From Eledone cirrhosa (lineage: Eukaryota), in contig OZ024740.1 of assembly GCA_964016885.1 (NCBI GenBank), forward strand, positions 127,596,001-127,660,000: 64,000 bases of DNA. Reading direction: 5' to 3'. Within the stretch, counting starts at the first letter, position 1. Each line of letters starts with the position of its first letter. A model generated the notes under the pieces. The model saw only the letters and a program-made list of their open reading frames with translations, was not told where the DNA came from and did no database searches. Positions 59,564 to 64,000 of the stretch are shown piece by piece. A program made the translations under genes and the position numbers.

Positions 59564-59567
<4 letters not shown>
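59002..59567 (+). mobile_element. 483-nt non-coding HHR monomer with ~82-nt terminal direct repeat
   Basis: 59002-59085 repeated at 59485-59567; embedded in (TA)n on both sides. Confidence 0.88.
59413..59496 (+). ncRNA. Intact type I hammerhead ribozyme
   Basis: acctt-CTGACGA-gaatct...ggattc-GAAA-ccgatcgg-TA-aaggt; all three helices pair; GUA site. Confidence 0.9.
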
Positions 59568-59637
<70 letters not shown>

Positions 59638-59672
59638 ATTTATATATATATATATTTATATATATATATATT

Positions 59673-59705
<33 letters not shown>

Positions 59706-59779
59706 ATTTATATATATAATATATATATATTTATATATATATATATACATTTATATATATATATATTTATATATATATA

Positions 59780-59841
<62 letters not shown>

Positions 59842-59895
59842 AATATATATATTTATATAAATATATATATATATTTATATATAAATATATATATA

Positions 59896-59951
<56 letters not shown>

Positions 59952-60001
59952 AATATATATATTTATATAAATATATATATATATTTATATAAATATATAT
60001 T

Positions 60002-60072
<71 letters not shown>

Positions 60073-60097
60073 ATATACATTTATATATATATATATT

Positions 60098-60134
<37 letters not shown>

Positions 60135-60137
60135 ATT

Positions 60138-60170
<33 letters not shown>

Positions 60171-60335
60171 ATATTTATATAAATATATATATTTATATAA
60201 ATATATATATATATTTATATATAGATATATATATTTATATAAATATATATATATATTTATATATAGATATATATATTTATATAAATATATATATTTATAT
60301 AATTATATATATATATATATACATATTTATATATA
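59566..60335. repeat. Long interrupted (TA)n tract
   Basis: Directly visible. Confidence 0.95.
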
Positions 60336-60476
60336 AATTAATAAAAATAATGAATAAAAACAAAGAAACAGTAAAAGGGAAATCAAATTATGCAGTTCAT
60401 TAGTAGTAGAATATTAATTATAGGTCAACTAATTTAAACAAATGTGTTATTATAATAATTTCTAAAGTGTATATTA

Positions 60477-61965
60477 ATTAGGTTTATAGTATTTAAAAGT
60501 TCTTCTCAGTTTATGATTACATGATATAATTAATTCCTGTCATTTATTTAATAGGATATCCTTAGATTTCTTTATTTCAAAAAGTTCCTGGGAACATAAT
60601 CTACATTCATATCTATTATTTTGATAAGGGGTGGCCCTTTTGAGCACACTCCAGGTCAGGTCATAATCTATATTCCTCTTTCTATAATTATTAATTATTT
60701 CAGCTAAAGATGTTGTATTAGCTAATGCGGCATTTTTAAAACTGTGTTTGTGGGTATTAAATCTTACTTTAAATTGGTTAGAAGTAGTTCCTATATATGA
60801 ATAAATTGAGTCCTTAGTGTTATCTTTACATTTATATACTATGTTATTAATAAGGCAATTTCCTTTTAATGGGCAATTTGTTTTGTTTCTACAGTTACAA
60901 CAACTTTCGTGAATGCTGTATCAGAGGAGATAGTCCAATTAGGTGTGGAATTTTCACGACTTGTTGTATGTGAATGAGATGGTGGTTTGCTGTGGTTTAT
61001 TTTAGTATTATGGTTAGTTTGATGTATTGGCGGTATATTCATGTTTTTTTTTTACATTTATATACATTATAGGCACTTATATTTTGTTGTATGTTTTTGG
61101 TTGTTGAGTAGGAGAATTTAACCGTTGATCTATTTAAAATTTCATGGTATTTGTGGTTTGACGGGAAGATTTTCTCATGGATAGTAAACATTTTTTTAGG
61201 TATATTATCTTTAATTTGTAGATTAAATGGAGCATTATACCAAGTAACTCGTCTATTACGGTTTCGATGTTGTTTATTATTTTTATAGGATGTATCCTGA
61301 TGTTTATTAAGAGAATTATTGTTAATGATTTTATTACACATATTTTTAGTTAGATTCATTGATTTAGGTGTTTTAGCCTGTTTATTCGGAATGTTATTAT
61401 TAACATATATTGGAGTATTAGGATGAATAGTTTTTGGAAAGTTACTATATTGTATATTAGAAGAGTTAGATAAATTAAGTTTTATGTTGGTATTTTGGGG
61501 TATAGTGTGAGTGGCATTTAGGTGTGTATATTTCATTTGGTGTTTGTTGGTAATATTGGGTTGTATGTTTGTAGGGTTATTGGTACAAGGTATATATACT
61601 AATTTGTTTTTGTGGCCACTTCTAGCTAAAGCTTCGTTATAAAAGGTCGCGTTTTTATCAAATACATCCTGGTTAGACGATAGGTTAGAAATTGTGAGTG
61701 AGATATTATATGCTAGGTTTTTAAGGATAGATTTAGGGTGATTAGATTGTGAGTGTATGTAATGTAAGTTTTGGTTAGGTTTACGGTAAGGTTGGTACAT
61801 ACCCGTAGATAAGTCTAATGTTATATCAAGGAAATTAACTACTTTACTTGTGTTTCCAAATGTAATATCTAGACTATAATAGTCTTTGAGGAAAGTTCTA
61901 ATAAGTTTTTTATTTTTTTCAATTTCTGAGAGGCTAAGGTTATTGGAAAGAAGAAGACAGTCTAC
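60477..61965 (-). pseudogene. Penelope-like element 3 ORF: RT C-terminus, thumb and GIY-YIG (same subtype as PLE2)
   Basis: VNFLDITLDL..YRKPN..YIHSQSNHP, WYNAPF, VKFSYS; after frameshift CNC..CPLKGNC..IVY..YIGTT..FKVRFNTH..CRLC..LLNK*QE..CNH. Confidence 0.92.
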
Positions 61966-62129
61966 TAACACCCACTAACAGTATACTAACACCCACTAAC
62001 ACCTCTTCACCAAACTACACACACACCAGTACACCACACTCCTTCCATAGAACCACACACACCCTTCTCCCCCCGCTCCACCCACACCCCCGCTCCACAC
62101 TCACTCATCACACTAACACCCCTACTAAT

Positions 62130-62160
<31 letters not shown>

Positions 62161-63128
62161 CCTCACTCCAACTCTCACACCTACCCATCCTCGCCCCCTA
62201 CCATTCCACCGACTGCTGCTATGCCCTTCTGACCACCTCCCAGCACCAACAGACCACAGCACTCCCACTGCTGACCACTTCCTGTTGCGCGCGCACCCCA
62301 CATCTCTCCTCTTCCGACCACCGCTTCATGGATTACCCACACGCAGAAATTGACTTATAACCAAATCTCCAAACATCCTTGGAACTTACCAACTTTTCAA
62401 CCATCCTCTTACGTCATCACCTATATAACTCACCCACACACACACCCCAAAAATTTTTTTTCTCCACACGCCACCCACACCCACAACACGCTTAAACCCC
62501 ACACACACGTGCTTCCCACCAAATATTTACACCCTCAGCCTCCTGATTCCTCTCCCCCCACCCCCTATCCACACACGCACAGACACTCCGACTCACAAAA
62601 ACACCCCCCACACACACCTCTTCCTGAACATGCAACCCCGTTCTTCCCCCAACCCTCACTTTCACATACACACACACGCACACACACGCACACCTACACA
62701 CACACACACACCACCTTCAGCCCTCCCCGCTCGGACACCCCGTCTCCCTCTCCCCACTCCACCCGCCACCACCCCTACTCACCCCACACCCTTCCACCAC
62801 CTGTTTACCCCCCTTTTAATTTCAGTTTATTTTGATCATGCCTTTATTTTTAAATTTTCTCATTCCTTGTATTTTGATCATGCTTTATTTTTATTTTTAC
62901 TTTTTATCTTTATTTGTTAATTTTTCATTCGCACCGTTTCCTTTCGCTATATGTCTCTCCACCACTCCCCTACACACCTTTTGAACTCTATTCCCACACA
63001 CTTCTCACCTGAGGAAGGGCTTATGCCCGAAACGTCGTCCCCCACCTACCCTCCACTCTCCTGAGCATGAATTTAATAAACATTTGTTGTACTGCCTCTC
63101 TGTTCTGTCCCTGTTCAAATTTTTCATT
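61965..63128 (+). mobile_element. C/A-rich pLTR in opposite orientation, joined to the truncated 5' end of PLE3
   Basis: Contains an HHR core and AATAAA (63076) and ends in (TA)n; 18-nt duplication at the junction. Confidence 0.65.
63007..63038 (+). ncRNA. Minimal HHR core (short stem I)
   Basis: ac-CTGAGGA-a-gggc-ttat-gccc-GAAA-cg-TC-gt. Confidence 0.7.
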
Positions 63129-63429
63129 ATATATATATATGTATATATATATGTAGATAAATCTACCAAAAGTTTACGGTAGTGTCCAATCCGTATGAAG
63201 AACTCAATGTAATCCGGATATCATGGAAAGAAGAGATGCATTCAAAAATCACTTTCGGTGAAAGATAAACGGAATACAGAGTCAAGATAAAATATTAAAA
63301 AAATAATGAATAAAACAATGAAACAGTTCCTTATATTAAACAAAAAAAAGTTCATTATTTAACGATCGTTTCTAGGACATATATGTGTTAGAATTGGCAT
63401 GCATATATATATATATATATATATATGTG

Positions 63430-63528
<99 letters not shown>

Positions 63529-63593
63529 GTATATATATATGTATATATCTATAAATGTATATATATATGTATATATGTATAAATATACATATG

Positions 63594-63626
<33 letters not shown>

Positions 63627-63679
63627 GTATATATATACATATATATATATGTATATATATATGTACATATATATATGTA

Positions 63680-63710
<31 letters not shown>

Positions 63711-63784
63711 GTATATATATATATATGTATATATATAGATGTATGTATATATATATATATATACACATATGTGTATATATATAT

Positions 63785-63828
<44 letters not shown>

Positions 63829-64000
63829 GCAATTAAGTTAAAGATGTACATCCATATATGTATACTGAAATACTAGTATGTATATGAATACACACACGTA
63901 TACATATGTAGATGTACCAAGTTTTTTTCACTGGTCACTTTACTGTGAGTGGCCAGCTATTTTGTATGTAAACACACAGACAAACCGGTTTTTAGAGTCA

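Noticed and set aside
60540-60542. In-frame TGA in the PLE3 endonuclease as possible selenocysteine (reported for some Naiad PLEs)
   Set aside because: It falls in LNK*QE at a conserved Arg/Lys position, not a Cys, so CGA/AGA to TGA decay is the simpler explanation; the Cys positions use TGT/TGC.

Overview
AT-rich, microsatellite-dense animal DNA with no host gene exon I can support. The SINE families and (TA)n load suggest a cephalopod (Octopus-like) intergenic or intronic region; this is an inference. Nearly all supplied ORFs are translations of simple repeats. Recognisable content is transposon-derived: three decayed Penelope-like elements (PLEs) with RT and/or GIY-YIG endonuclease plus smaller PLE ends, RTE and L1/Tx1-like LINE 3' remnants, a bipartite non-autonomous RTE derivative, a TIR-bounded DD37D Tc1/mariner relic and two tRNA-type SINE families. 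The main hidden signal is non-coding: more than 20 type I hammerhead ribozyme (HHR) motifs, intact or degenerate, from about 13 sequence-distinct families, mostly embedded in (TA)n. Most have palindromic helix/loop III. Several sit in ORF-less 320-520 nt monomers arranged as tandem or fold-back copies, resembling retrozymes or free pLTRs. The best example is a ~419-nt monomer array at 11949-14118 with a second locus at 36804-37480. Coordinates were read by eye and may be off by a few bases.
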